Assembly (NCBI GenBank): GCA_963782525.1
Contig: CAWAKC010000004.1
Span: 123,410-187,409 of the forward strand
DNA length: 64,000 bases
Source of the DNA: Candidatus Bathyarchaeota archaeon
GTDB lineage: Archaea; Thermoproteota; Bathyarchaeia; Bathyarchaeales; Bathycorpusculaceae
Direction of reading: 5' to 3'
The notes under the pieces were generated by a model. The model did not search any database. It was not told where the DNA came from and saw only the letters and a list, made by a program, of their open reading frames with translations. Positions 18,044-28,624 of the stretch are shown piece by piece. The stretch's first letter is position 1. Each line of letters begins with the position of its first letter. Made by a program: the position numbers and the translations under genes.

Positions 18044-18903
18044 TAGTTATGACCCAAACAAACTTTGAATCAAAAAATGTTGTACCAAGCAGTATTGCCC
18101 AGGTAGGCATAATCACCAAGTACACTCTACTTGACTACATAAGGTCCCGTCGCTTCTTTATTATGCTGATTATAACAGCGCTGATAAGTGTGCTTCTCAC
18201 GGTTCTTGTGGGATATTACCGTCCAGCTGGCTTTCTAACGTCTGAGCTTGGCTTCTACAGTAGCTGGTGGGGCACCTCAGTTACGTTTGTGATTATTCTT
18301 TCCGGAATTTTCTTTGGCGGCGATGCAATTTCAGGTGAATTCCAAAACAAAACAGGGTACTTTGGAGTGCCAAACCCCATCAGGCGGTCATCCATCTATA
18401 TAGGAAAATGGATCGCAGCCTTTATAGCGTCAATCGCCATCCTTGGTGTATTCACAGCTGTCACATTAGGGAACGGCTTATACTATTTCTCAGGTGTGCC
18501 CTATCAATTCGGTGAGTCACTGCTGTTCGCATTGCTATACCTTATTGCTGTTCTTGGCTTCACATTCTTCTTTAGCTCACTTTTCAAAAGCAGCTCCATG
18601 TCTATCCTGCTTACGGCGATACTGTTCCTGTTCGTCTTCACACTAATACAACAACTTGTCGCTGGGCTTGTCCAAATTGAGCCTTGGTTCATCTTGACAT
18701 ATGGCTCCCAAATCATCGGCAACGTATTAACATCGCCCTATCCACCCCACATAACCACAACCAGCCTACGTCCTGGCGGTGGCGGACCCACACTAACAAC
18801 ATACAACGCAACAATCCCCGAAGGACTCGCAATCATGGCAATATACTTCGCTGTCACCGCAATCTTAGGCTTGATTCTCTTCGAAAGAAAAGAATTCAAC
18901 TAA
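18040..18903 (+). CDS. ABC-2 type exporter permease
   Basis: About 6 TM helices, AISGEFQNKT...PIRRSSIYIGK. Confidence 0.9.
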   Translation: MIVMTQTNFESKNVVPSSIAQVGIITKYTLLDYIRSRRFFIMLIITALISVLLTVLVGYYRPAGFLTSELGFYSSWWGTSVTFVIILSGIFFGGDAISGEFQNKTGYFGVPNPIRRSSIYIGKWIAAFIASIAILGVFTAVTLGNGLYYFSGVPYQFGESLLFALLYLIAVLGFTFFFSSLFKSSSMSILLTAILFLFVFTLIQQLVAGLVQIEPWFILTYGSQIIGNVLTSPYPPHITTTSLRPGGGGPTLTTYNATIPEGLAIMAIYFAVTAILGLILFERKEFN

Positions 18904-18910
18904 ACCAAAC

Positions 18911-18939
18911 GGTCGGTTCAAATCCGACCTACCCCACCA
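18911..18939 (+). other. Isolated tRNA 3' fragment (T arm + acceptor 3' strand + CCA), att-like scar
   Basis: GGTCGG-TTCAAAT-CCGACC-TACCCC-A-CCA with a perfect T stem; no upstream tRNA body. Confidence 0.75.
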
Positions 18940-19109
18940 ACATTAACACAAAATTTTCCTTGAACTAAGTAAAAGCAGGAAATTTAATAACGGTATAGAT
19001 TTTATCATTTGTAAGGATCATGAGTGCGGAAAAAAACCATTCAAGCCAGGGCTACTTAGGCAGCATTCAGAAAGACTTCGCCAATTTCGCTAAGCAACAA
19101 TGCATTAAG

Positions 19110-19703
19110 TTATGTCTTGACGGTTTTTAGCCACTCTAAAAAGCCCTCACGCACCTTCGCAGGGTTCTCAAACACACGCACATCTTCAGTGCCTTCAAGC
19201 CTTCGTACCTGCTCGGCTTCTTCTTTGCGTACACGAATTTTCATTTCTTTACCGTTGGGCAGTTTGGTTAAGATGACGCTTTCTTTGTAGTCTACGGGCA
19301 TGATCCAGACAGGCACAAATGCTTTAAGGCTCATCAGCGCCGAGTTTGTGAGCAGGGTGTCGCCGATGCCGTTGACCAGTTTCGCAACGGTGTTTGAGGA
19401 TGTGGGCATTATGAGGAGGAACTTGTATTTGTGGTTCTGCATCATGCCTGCGAGGAAGGGCGAATTCGAATTTAATTCAACAAATACTTTGGCGAAACTT
19501 TTCTTTAGCTCCTCGTCGAGGTGGTAGAATTTGAGCATGGTTTCGCCTGCTTTAGAGATATAAACATCAATTTCTACTGTGTCTTCGGATTGTTTTTTGA
19601 GGTCTTTCATGACTTCGATGATTTCTGCGATTTTGTCGCCTGCACCCGTAATTCCCCATGCAACTTTGAGTTTCTTAACTTTAACTTCCGCCATAACATT
19701 CAC
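19110..19703 (-). CDS. afpA: Archaeoflavoprotein AfpA (HFCD flavoprotein family)
   Basis: VAWGITGAG, NSNSPFLAG, PTSSNTVAKLVNGIGDTLLTN, PVWIMPVD. Confidence 0.85.
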   Translation of the reverse strand: MNVMAEVKVKKLKVAWGITGAGDKIAEIIEVMKDLKKQSEDTVEIDVYISKAGETMLKFYHLDEELKKSFAKVFVELNSNSPFLAGMMQNHKYKFLLIMPTSSNTVAKLVNGIGDTLLTNSALMSLKAFVPVWIMPVDYKESVILTKLPNGKEMKIRVRKEEAEQVRRLEGTEDVRVFENPAKVREGFLEWLKTVKT

Positions 19704-20297
19704 CTATTGTTTTTTGCCGTAGAGCTCCAGGTACTCTGCGAACCGTTTAGTGGTTTTTTTGAGGCTCCGGAAGCCCTCCTCATCCAACTTGACGCCATCC
19801 AACGTGTCCTTAGACCAAAAGGTTGCGCCTAGGTTTGCGCCGAAGAATCCGCCGCCTACCCCAATCATTCCATTTATCACGAAAAAGTTGTGTATCTGCA
19901 TGAGGGCAAATTCTTGGCCGCCGTTGCGGTCGCCGCCGCATACGATGCCCATGCCAACTTTGCCTTTGAAAAAGTTTTTGTCTGCGGCAACTGCTGCGCG
20001 CATTCGGTCCATGACGGCTTTGGTTTGGGCACTGACGCCGCCATTGTAGACTGGCGACGCAAAGATGATGCCTTGGGCTCCCGTTAACAGGGCATAGAGT
20101 TCTTGGAGGTCATCTTGTACAACGCATTCCTTGTTTTTTAGGCAGTAATCGCAGTGTGCACAGTAATCCACCCATTTGCCACGGACAGTCCAGAGCTTGG
20201 TCTCATAGCCCTTTTCGGCGAGCGTTTTTAGGGCTTCTTCTAGGACGTGTTCGGTCGATTGTTTTCTTGGGCTACCGCAAACTCCAACAATCAGCAT
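19704..20297 (-). CDS. Iron-sulfur flavoprotein (Isf, flavodoxin-like)
   Basis: GSPRK, CAHCDYC...C, ASPVYNG, GGDRNGGQE. Confidence 0.9.
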   Translation of the reverse strand: MLIVGVCGSPRKQSTEHVLEEALKTLAEKGYETKLWTVRGKWVDYCAHCDYCLKNKECVVQDDLQELYALLTGAQGIIFASPVYNGGVSAQTKAVMDRMRAAVAADKNFFKGKVGMGIVCGGDRNGGQEFALMQIHNFFVINGMIGVGGGFFGANLGATFWSKDTLDGVKLDEEGFRSLKKTTKRFAEYLELYGKKQ

Positions 20298-20430
20298 AAG
20301 CAGTCACTAATGGGTAACTTGGGGTTTGCTTTAAGTATTCCCCTTTTGAAAAAATAAGGCATTAATTAAAACAAAAACTCAAAAATTTAAAAAACGAAAA
20401 TAAGAAAAGAGAAAATTAGGAGAAAGAAGA

Positions 20431-22647
20431 TTATTCTTTCTCGAAGTATTCTTCTGGTTTTGGCGGAGTTGGTGGTAAGCCTCTGCGTTCACGAATCTTC
20501 TTTATGGTTTCAGCCTGCATCTGCTCTGGAACATATGCCCAACGAGCGAACTGTGTGGCCCAAAATGCTCTGCCTGAAGTTGAACCGCGTAATTCATCAG
20601 CTATGCCAAAACTTTCAGAGACTGGCATTTCTGCTTTAACGGTAATTATGTCATCTTCTGAGGGCATGTCGAGGATTTTGCCACGGCGTTTGTTTAGCAT
20701 TGTGATGACGGCGCTGACATATTCGCTTGGAACTTTGCATTCGAAGCTCATCAATGGCTCAAGTAGTTTTGGATCGCTCAAGAGAATAGTGCAGTAGATT
20801 GGTCTCCAAGTCATGGGGATAGCTTGTGCTGGTCCACGATGAACGGGGTCTTCATGTAAGACGATGTCTTCAAGGTTAATCTTTAAGCCGTATGCTGGCT
20901 CTTTAGCGAGCGGTGAAGTGTGTACGGCTTCGCGGAAACCAGTTTTGATGTGGTCGAGGATTTCTTCTACATATTGGCGTCCGCGGATACGGTTAACGAG
21001 TATGCAGTTTTCTTCAACGGCAACTGCGCCTTTGGCTTCTTCTGGTGACCAGCCGAGTGCGCGCAAAGTTTTGGTACGTTCATCTCTGCTTTGCATGTCA
21101 GTGATTTTTTCAGACTTAATTGCTTCAATAACTTCCTCAGATAATTTGTCGATGGTTATCCAGAGTTTGTTGTGTTTGTTGGGGCTTTTACCCATGATTG
21201 CTGGTCCTTTGTAGTCATGGCTTATTGTTTCTCTGAAGATGACGATTGGTTTGCTTAATTTTACTTTTAAGCCTGCTTCTTGCATTCGATATGCGGTGAT
21301 TTCAAGGTGAAGTTCGCCCATTCCTGAGAGTAGGAATTCGCCGCTTTCTTTGTTCATGACGAAGTGCAAGTTGGGGTCTTCTGTTGTGAGTTTATGCATG
21401 ACTTTGTCGAATAGTGGTAGGTCTTTGACGTCTTCTGGTTCAACTGCGACGGTTACGACGGGGTCGGAAACGTAGTTTAAGCCTTCAAAAGAGTGGACTT
21501 CTTGGCCTTCTTCAGCGATGGTTTCGCCGACGTGGATAGATGGAAGACCCGAAATGGCTCCGATGTTGCCTGCAGGAACACGGTCAATAAGCACTCGGTC
21601 TGTTGCCATACTCATGAAGACCTGTTGAATAGTGCCTTTTTGGTTGCTGCTTAAAAGCTGAACGGTTTTGCCTCTCTCGATTGAACCGCTGAAAATTCTG
21701 CCGATTGCAACTGTTCCGCTGTGTGGGTCAACTTCGATGGTGGAGATGCACATGAGTAAGGGTGCTTTAGGATCGACTTTTGCCATTCCTTGTCCTGTTG
21801 GGCTGGATACGTCGCCTGGCCAAATTTGAGGTTGCCTGTAGGGTTGAGCTTCATAGGGGTTTGGAAGATGTTTAACGAACATGTCCAAGATAGGTTCTGG
21901 AAGAGGCGCTTTTTTGCTGAGTTCATCGACTTTTCTGCCGACTTCAATTGGGTCACCTGAGTAAGCATCGATGATGTCTTGGAAGGAGACTTTCTTCATT
22001 TTCATATGATCAAGGTTTAAGCCCCATTTGTGAAGGGCTGACCCAAATGCCACACGACTATCTTCAATTGTTACTTGCCAATCTTTCTTGTGCTCGGCAG
22101 GTGCATATTTCTCGATTAAAGTATTAACTCTTAGGAGAATCTTTGCAAATTTCTTCTGGATTTCTTGTGGGGAAAGTTTAATTTCTTTGATTAAACGGTC
22201 AACTTTGTTGATAAATAGAATTGGCTTTACACGTTCTCTTAGGGCCTGCATTAGGACGGTTTCGGTCTGGGTCATTGGTCCCTCAACTGCATCTACGACA
22301 ACAAGTGCGCCGTCAACTGCTCGCAAACTTCTTGTTACAGCTCCTGAAAAGTCAATGTGGCCAGGGGTGTCGATTAAGTTGATTAAGTAATCTTTTTCTT
22401 GGTAAGTGTGGACTAAGCTGACGTTTGAGGCGAAGACAGTCATTTGACGTTTCTGCTCAAGGTCCCATGAGTCAAGGAACAGTTTCTGTCCTGCCGTTTG
22501 GGTACTGATGATTCCTGCCGCTGCCAGAAGACTGTCAGCCAGGGTTGTTTTTCCATGGTCAACATGGGCGATGATGCTCGTGTTGCGTACGAAAATTGGG
22601 GTTTCCATTAGTTTCACAATTTCTTCCGTTTGCCTGTAACGCGCCAT
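20431..22647 (-). CDS. fusA: Translation elongation factor EF-2 (possibly the aEF-2p paralog)
   Basis: AHVDHGKTT, DTPGH, NKVD, GMGELHL, diphthamide loop HEDPVHRGPAQ. Switch-I is divergent (RQMTV). Confidence 0.93.
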   Translation of the reverse strand: MARYRQTEEIVKLMETPIFVRNTSIIAHVDHGKTTLADSLLAAAGIISTQTAGQKLFLDSWDLEQKRQMTVFASNVSLVHTYQEKDYLINLIDTPGHIDFSGAVTRSLRAVDGALVVVDAVEGPMTQTETVLMQALRERVKPILFINKVDRLIKEIKLSPQEIQKKFAKILLRVNTLIEKYAPAEHKKDWQVTIEDSRVAFGSALHKWGLNLDHMKMKKVSFQDIIDAYSGDPIEVGRKVDELSKKAPLPEPILDMFVKHLPNPYEAQPYRQPQIWPGDVSSPTGQGMAKVDPKAPLLMCISTIEVDPHSGTVAIGRIFSGSIERGKTVQLLSSNQKGTIQQVFMSMATDRVLIDRVPAGNIGAISGLPSIHVGETIAEEGQEVHSFEGLNYVSDPVVTVAVEPEDVKDLPLFDKVMHKLTTEDPNLHFVMNKESGEFLLSGMGELHLEITAYRMQEAGLKVKLSKPIVIFRETISHDYKGPAIMGKSPNKHNKLWITIDKLSEEVIEAIKSEKITDMQSRDERTKTLRALGWSPEEAKGAVAVEENCILVNRIRGRQYVEEILDHIKTGFREAVHTSPLAKEPAYGLKINLEDIVLHEDPVHRGPAQAIPMTWRPIYCTILLSDPKLLEPLMSFECKVPSEYVSAVITMLNKRRGKILDMPSEDDIITVKAEMPVSESFGIADELRGSTSGRAFWATQFARWAYVPEQMQAETIKKIRERRGLPPTPPKPEEYFEKE

Positions 22648-23284
22648 AATTAATCAATCTCCAATTTAATTGAATTTATTACTTGAAAGACTTGTTTTTT
22701 AATTATTTGAAGCATTATTCACTCTCTCATGAAACGGTAAACTACATGGAAAGTGAGTTTGTAGCCTATTAACTTTATGGCATGATTCCATAAAAATAAT
22801 TGAGGCAAAAAATACCTCTTTATTTGCTCCAGACATGATTTTACTGAGAGAAAATCGGTTTGTGATTAATTTTGCTAAGTAGCTAGCGGTTAATTGGGCT
22901 TCGCAAGTTGGTAAAGCCTAATTCGCAAAAAAGAATAAATCTATTTTATTTTTCTATTTAGCGAAGAATTCGGAGCTTAAAGGAGCAAAAAAAGTTAAAT
23001 GACTGAAGAATCACTTGCATATAATTCATCATTCTGCTTCATTTCTTTCGAGTTAAAGACTGCTTTCTCTGCGATTAGTTTAAATGCAACAATCGACAAT
23101 AAACAAAAATTAAATTGCCAAAATTGGCGAAGTAAATTTAACCGCTGAGGATAAGAATGCACCTTCAAACAGTTCCAGCACATGAAAATAATGGATTGTT
23201 CCAGGATTCCTTAGCTCCGGTCATCTTTGCTTTTAGTCGGGGTTGTTACTAACACATCTTTACTGAGGTTTTGGCGGAATAAGA

Positions 23285-26065
23285 TTGGAAAAAGCTGCTT
23301 CTTTGCCGATTGACAAGGTTTTCGATGACCTAAACACATCAGCTAACGGATTAACAAGCGAAGAAGCTAAACTGCGACTAAAAAAATATGGCTACAATAA
23401 GCTTTCCGAGAAAAGGAAAATTCCATTTATACACAAGTTTATCTATCATCTTAGAGATTTATTCGGCATTTTGTTGTTAGTGGCAGCAGTCTTATCTTAT
23501 ATTAGTGGAAGTCCCGAACTTGCCCTCATCATCCTTGCAGTAGTTTTGGTAAACATTTTCGTCAGCATCTTCCAAGAATCGCGTGCAGAAAAAGCTATGG
23601 AAACCCTCAAAAGCTGGATGCCTGAATATGCCAAAGTTATCCGAGACGGCGAACTCAAGAAAATCTCAGTTAGAGAAATTGTTCCAGGCGACGTAATTTT
23701 CCTTGAAGAAGGCGACCGGGTTCCCGCGGACGCCAGATTAATTGAAGCTTTTGATTTATGGACAAATAATGTTCCGTTAACTGGAGAATCTGAACCGCAG
23801 CCACGTGTTGCTGAAGCCGTCAAAGTTGTTGAAAAAGCCTACTTGTATTCAGCTAACCTTGTTTTCATGAGCACCAGCGTTGCAAAGGGTCAAGGGAAAG
23901 CAGTTGTTTACTCTACAGGCATGGAAACGCAATTTGGAAAAATTGCAAGTTTAACCCAGACTATTAAGGAAGAGGAAAGCCCGCTTCAGAAAGAAATCGC
24001 CTTGACAGCAAAGTATGATTTTATCATTGCCGTGGTTGTAGGTACAATTTTCTTTATCGCCAGTTTTCTTTTTCTCCATGTTCCCCTTGCCACAAGCATC
24101 TTTTTCATGATTGGTGTTATGGTTTGTTGTGTTCCTGAAGGTTTGCAGGTTACAGTTTCCAGCGCCTTAGCTATCAACGTTCTAAAAATGGTACGGCAGA
24201 ATGTTGTTGTTAAACGGTTATCTGCCGTGCAAACTTTAGGCAGTGTAACCGTTATCTGTACGGACAAAACAGGTACAATCACCAAAGGCGAAATGACCGT
24301 AAACAAACTATGGGTCTTCGATTACGTGGTGGACGTTTCTGGTTCAGGCTACATGCCTGAGGGCGATTTCACTATAAACGGTGAGCCACTGCAAAAAGGA
24401 CAAACGGCTTCTTTGGAGAAGCTACTGGAGATTGCTGCTCTTTGCAACGGGGCAAAGCTTGATCCACCTTCAGATAAAAACCGAAATTGGAATGTTATCG
24501 GTGACCCAACCGACGGCGCATTGCTTGTTGCCACACTTAAGTCAAACGTGAACATTCAGGATGCTTTAGCTGCGAAACCGATTCTGGATGTTTTGCCCTT
24601 CAGTTTCGAACGAAAACGCATGACAACTGTTCACAAACTTAACGGTAACGTCTTAATCTATACTAAGGGTGCCCCGAGAAACATACTTGACGTCTGCAGC
24701 AAAGTGCTCGTTGACGGCAAAATCGTCGAATTAGACCAGGAAAAAATGAGTTGGATTGAATCTAGAATCCACGAATTCGCTAATGCAGGACTGCGCGTTA
24801 TAGCTGTTGCTTACCAGCAAATACCCAAGAGCGAGTACAAGAAGGGCATAGAAGTCGAAAACAACCTTATCTTTGTCGGTTTAGCAGGAATGCGCGACCC
24901 TCCAAGAGCCGAAGTAAAGGATGCTGTTGAAAAAGCAAAACAAGCAGGAATAAAAACAGTGATTATTACAGGCGATTATGGTCCAACTGCACAATCAATA
25001 GCTCAAGACGTAGGCATAGTGGCGAAAGATTTTGCCCAAGTTATCCGCGGCATTGACCTTGAAGAGTTAAACGACCAAGCCATAGTAGATGAGGTCAAAA
25101 AAGGTGACGTGATTTTCGCTAGAGTTTCTCCTGAACAGAAACTCCGTATAGTTAAGGTTCTTAAGAATAGCGGTGAAGTTGTTGCGGTTACGGGTGATGG
25201 AGCAAACGATGCGCCATCACTTAAGGAGGCAGACATTGGCGTGGCCATGGGGGCGTCTGGAACGGATGTTGCCCGAGAAGCCGCAGACATCGTGCTGTTA
25301 AACGACAGTTTTGCTTCAATCGTTAAAGCGGTTGAATCTGGCAGAGCCATTTACGAGAACATCCGCAAATTCATCGTTTACGTGTTCAGCCACAACTGGG
25401 CAGAACTCATCCCATACGTCCTTTATGCGGTGCTGGCTATTCCATTGCCGCTGCTTGTGGTCCAAGTTTTAGCCATCGACTTAGCCATAGACGTTATCCC
25501 TAGTTTAGCTCTCAGTCGTGAACCTCCAGAAGCAGGAATAATGGAGGAATCCCCGAGAAGCCTCAAAGAAAGATTGTTCACAGGCAAAGTCTTTGGGCGT
25601 TCACTCTTCATTGGCGTAATCATCGCAGCTGGAGCAATGTTCGGATGCTTAAGCGCTTGGATGGCAGGAGGCTGGCACTACGGTATGGTTTTAACATCTG
25701 ATAGCTCATTCTACACGAGCGGCGTTTATGCTAAAGGAGTAACGATGACGTTTGCAGGCATCGTGGTTGCTCAAGCTGGAAACGTTTTAGCATGCCGAAC
25801 CAGCAGACAATCAATTTTTAGAACAAGCCTGAAAACCAACAAATGGATAATTGCTGGTATAATATCACAGCTTTCCATCTTGGCATTCATAGTTTATGTT
25901 CCACTAATGCAACATGTCTTCGGCACCGCCGCACTAGGCTTAACAGATTGGCTATTCCTGATTTCGCTGGCGCTGGCAGTTGTGTTCGCTGAAGAAATCC
26001 GAAAGTTCTTTGTCAGAAGATTCGGAAAAACTGCAGAGGATCCAAGTAAACATGACCACACATAA
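23285..26065 (+). CDS. P-type cation-transporting ATPase (type II)
   Basis: LTGES, PEGL, DKTGT, KGAP, TGD, GDGANDAPSLK; about 10 TM helices. Confidence 0.95.
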   Translation: MEKAASLPIDKVFDDLNTSANGLTSEEAKLRLKKYGYNKLSEKRKIPFIHKFIYHLRDLFGILLLVAAVLSYISGSPELALIILAVVLVNIFVSIFQESRAEKAMETLKSWMPEYAKVIRDGELKKISVREIVPGDVIFLEEGDRVPADARLIEAFDLWTNNVPLTGESEPQPRVAEAVKVVEKAYLYSANLVFMSTSVAKGQGKAVVYSTGMETQFGKIASLTQTIKEEESPLQKEIALTAKYDFIIAVVVGTIFFIASFLFLHVPLATSIFFMIGVMVCCVPEGLQVTVSSALAINVLKMVRQNVVVKRLSAVQTLGSVTVICTDKTGTITKGEMTVNKLWVFDYVVDVSGSGYMPEGDFTINGEPLQKGQTASLEKLLEIAALCNGAKLDPPSDKNRNWNVIGDPTDGALLVATLKSNVNIQDALAAKPILDVLPFSFERKRMTTVHKLNGNVLIYTKGAPRNILDVCSKVLVDGKIVELDQEKMSWIESRIHEFANAGLRVIAVAYQQIPKSEYKKGIEVENNLIFVGLAGMRDPPRAEVKDAVEKAKQAGIKTVIITGDYGPTAQSIAQDVGIVAKDFAQVIRGIDLEELNDQAIVDEVKKGDVIFARVSPEQKLRIVKVLKNSGEVVAVTGDGANDAPSLKEADIGVAMGASGTDVAREAADIVLLNDSFASIVKAVESGRAIYENIRKFIVYVFSHNWAELIPYVLYAVLAIPLPLLVVQVLAIDLAIDVIPSLALSREPPEAGIMEESPRSLKERLFTGKVFGRSLFIGVIIAAGAMFGCLSAWMAGGWHYGMVLTSDSSFYTSGVYAKGVTMTFAGIVVAQAGNVLACRTSRQSIFRTSLKTNKWIIAGIISQLSILAFIVYVPLMQHVFGTAALGLTDWLFLISLALAVVFAEEIRKFFVRRFGKTAEDPSKHDHT

Positions 26066-26237
26066 GCGTTTAATGAGTAGGTGGAATGCGGTGTTTTCCC
26101 AGCCAGCCCAATAAAATAAGAATTTTAGAATAATGTGAATGAGAACTGTTTCTTAATATGCTGTTTATTTTCCTCCAGATTAGTTGTTAATCGCTTAAAA
26201 ACTATAAACATTCAGTTTACTTATAATGCTCACTTAC

Positions 26238-26536
26238 TTGGTTTTGTGTGGTGTAACGACCAAAATAATTGAAAATCCTAAAGGCGAAAATGGCACTGAA
26301 ATCGCCGCATTAATTATTCGTGCACCAGCTATAGCGTTTGCTCTATTTTGATGGTTGTCAGTAGCTCATACTCTTCCGGGTATTTCTTTCGATACTTATG
26401 CATAATCGGCGGGGTAGGCGTCATGGTGAACGGGTCATTGCCGCTCTATGAAAGCTTGAGCGCAAATAAAATCATGAACGAAATAGAGCTTGAATTGCGC
26501 ATTGAAGCTGATAAAGAAGAAAAACTTTCTACCTAA
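26238..26536 (+). pseudogene. Possible small membrane protein gene with a frameshift in T-run 26346-26349
   Basis: Upstream frame ...TTKIIENPKGENGTEIAALIIRAPAIAFALF* joins ORF 26348-26536 if one T is added. Confidence 0.3.
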
Positions 26537-26635
26537 AATCTTATATTGAAAGAACTTATTTTCTTTTTAAACATTCCGTTAGCTTTCATTGGCTCAAAGA
26601 CAATGTGGAGGGCAAAATAAAAACTGATTAGAAAG

Positions 26636-27325
26636 TTGAAATTTCAAGCGATTGGAGCTCTCCTCATCGTAGTTTTGTCAGGCATTGCGATTTTTAGCAT
26701 TGTGGAGACGACTGTTGAAGGTAACCCAATCCGTGTAGCATGTATTGGCGATAGCATAACTGAGGGGAGTGGGTATCCAAATATGCTACGCCAATTACTC
26801 GGTCCGAACTACACGGTAGCTAACTTTGGAGTCAGCGGATCAACAGTGACATCTCAGTCTATCAGGCCTTACATGGATCAAGGTGCGTTTCAAGAAGCAA
26901 TCGACTACCACCCTGACATCGTTGTTATAATGCTGGGAACAAATGATGCTAACAGTGATATAGCTCAGAATGAAACTAGCTTTGAAGCGGATTATTCACA
27001 GATCATCAATTCTTTCGAACAGCTTGAAGGTAGGCAATTAATTTGGATCGTTAAGTCGCCGCCAATATTTGCTGACAACTCAAGTTACAACAACACTTAC
27101 CTTGAAAACAATGTGTTTCCTCAAATTGACAACGTAGCAGACCAAATGAAACTTCCCACCGTTGACATGTACAGTGCCTTCGGCAATCACTCCGATTATT
27201 TCATGGATGGAGTTCACCCCGGCAGTGAGGGCGCTTCATTGATTGCCTCCCATGTGTACGATGCAATAACGTTGCCAGACGGCTCCCCTGATACCACTCA
27301 ATTCAGCGAGGGTTACTCTGGTTGA
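26636..27325 (+). CDS. Membrane-anchored/secreted SGNH (GDSL) hydrolase
   Basis: N-terminal hydrophobic helix, GDSIT, NFGVSG, LGTND, DGVHP. Confidence 0.92.
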   Translation: MKFQAIGALLIVVLSGIAIFSIVETTVEGNPIRVACIGDSITEGSGYPNMLRQLLGPNYTVANFGVSGSTVTSQSIRPYMDQGAFQEAIDYHPDIVVIMLGTNDANSDIAQNETSFEADYSQIINSFEQLEGRQLIWIVKSPPIFADNSSYNNTYLENNVFPQIDNVADQMKLPTVDMYSAFGNHSDYFMDGVHPGSEGASLIASHVYDAITLPDGSPDTTQFSEGYSG

Positions 27326-27417
27326 TTTCTCTTGCAAATTGCTCGTTTAAGTTACAACTTTTTATTTCGATTCAAAATGCAAACTGTTAATTAGTAAATC
27401 ATAACTACAGAAAGTTA

Positions 27418-28515
27418 ATGTCACCGGAACCTACCTCGCAACCTAAGAATGTGGGTATAACTCTTCCAGTTGATCTAATCCGCACCGTAGCGATAATTCT
27501 GGTAATCCTACTTCACGCAGCCATCGAACCTAACCCAAGCTTGAGTTTAATGTCCCCTGCAGGAGTACAACTCTGGTGGACCTCCAACGTCTACGATTCC
27601 ATCTCACGGACGGCTGTACCGTTGTTTATTATGTTAACTGGCGCCCTCTTGCTTACGCCAACAAAAAAAGATGAGCCGCTTAGAATTTTCTTTAAGAAAC
27701 GTTGGAACCGTATAGGCATCCCTGTTTTGTTCTGGGGCGCAATATTCTTCGCATGGGACTTTCTTGTCAGAGGTCAACCAGCAACATTTCTCTTTGTCTT
27801 TCAAGGAATACTAGCAGGTCCTTATGTCCACTTTTGGTATGTGTACGTTCTTATTGGTTTGTACCTAATTACGCCACTTCTACGGGTAATAGTGGCTCAT
27901 GCGGAATGGAGCACCATTAAGTATTTTCTGATAATATGGTTCGTAGGCACTGGCATATTGCCACTTTTAACTTTCTACGTAGGCATTAGCCCTCAGGCTG
28001 TATGGTTTAGGCAAAACGCTTTCCTCTTGGTTGGTCTGCTGGGATATTTTGTTCTGGGCGCTTACACTGCAAAATTGACACTGCGCAGATCCACACTGGT
28101 TTTGATGCTGACTTTAAGCACCGTTTTTACGATAGTTGGCACTTACTTCTTAATTGCATCGTTAGGAGAACAGTATAGCCAATTTTTCCTCGATGCCTCA
28201 AGCTTCAGCGTAATAATTGCGGCAGTTTCGCTATTCCTTATTTTAGCATCTGTTCCCACCCAAAAAATTGAAACCCGTTTTCCTAAGTGCAATCAAGTTT
28301 TACAGGTTATAAGTGAAAATACATTGCCCATCTACTTGTTCCATATAATTGTTCTTGAAACTCTACAGAAAGGGTACTTGGGACTAAAAATAAGTGTAAC
28401 AAACATTAACCCAATCATAGAAATCCCTTTAGTTACCTTAGTTACTCTGGTAATCTGCTTAGCTATCTTTGTTCCACTGAAAAAGATACCTTATGTAAAA
28501 AGAATAATCGGTTAA
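27418..28515 (+). CDS. Acyltransferase family 3 (AT3) membrane O-acyltransferase
   Basis: DLIRTVAIILVILLH, AVPLFIMLTG, FFKKRWNRIGIP, HFWYV, YLFH. Confidence 0.9.
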   Translation: MSPEPTSQPKNVGITLPVDLIRTVAIILVILLHAAIEPNPSLSLMSPAGVQLWWTSNVYDSISRTAVPLFIMLTGALLLTPTKKDEPLRIFFKKRWNRIGIPVLFWGAIFFAWDFLVRGQPATFLFVFQGILAGPYVHFWYVYVLIGLYLITPLLRVIVAHAEWSTIKYFLIIWFVGTGILPLLTFYVGISPQAVWFRQNAFLLVGLLGYFVLGAYTAKLTLRRSTLVLMLTLSTVFTIVGTYFLIASLGEQYSQFFLDASSFSVIIAAVSLFLILASVPTQKIETRFPKCNQVLQVISENTLPIYLFHIIVLETLQKGYLGLKISVTNINPIIEIPLVTLVTLVICLAIFVPLKKIPYVKRIIG

Positions 28516-28624
28516 ACTTTCATAGAGCAAAACTTCTGTTGCCGAATTATTATAGGTTGCAGGGGTAAATACAGCAAAAATTAAATCTTAAAAACACCAA
28601 TTCAATTGGGGAAACAATAAACTT

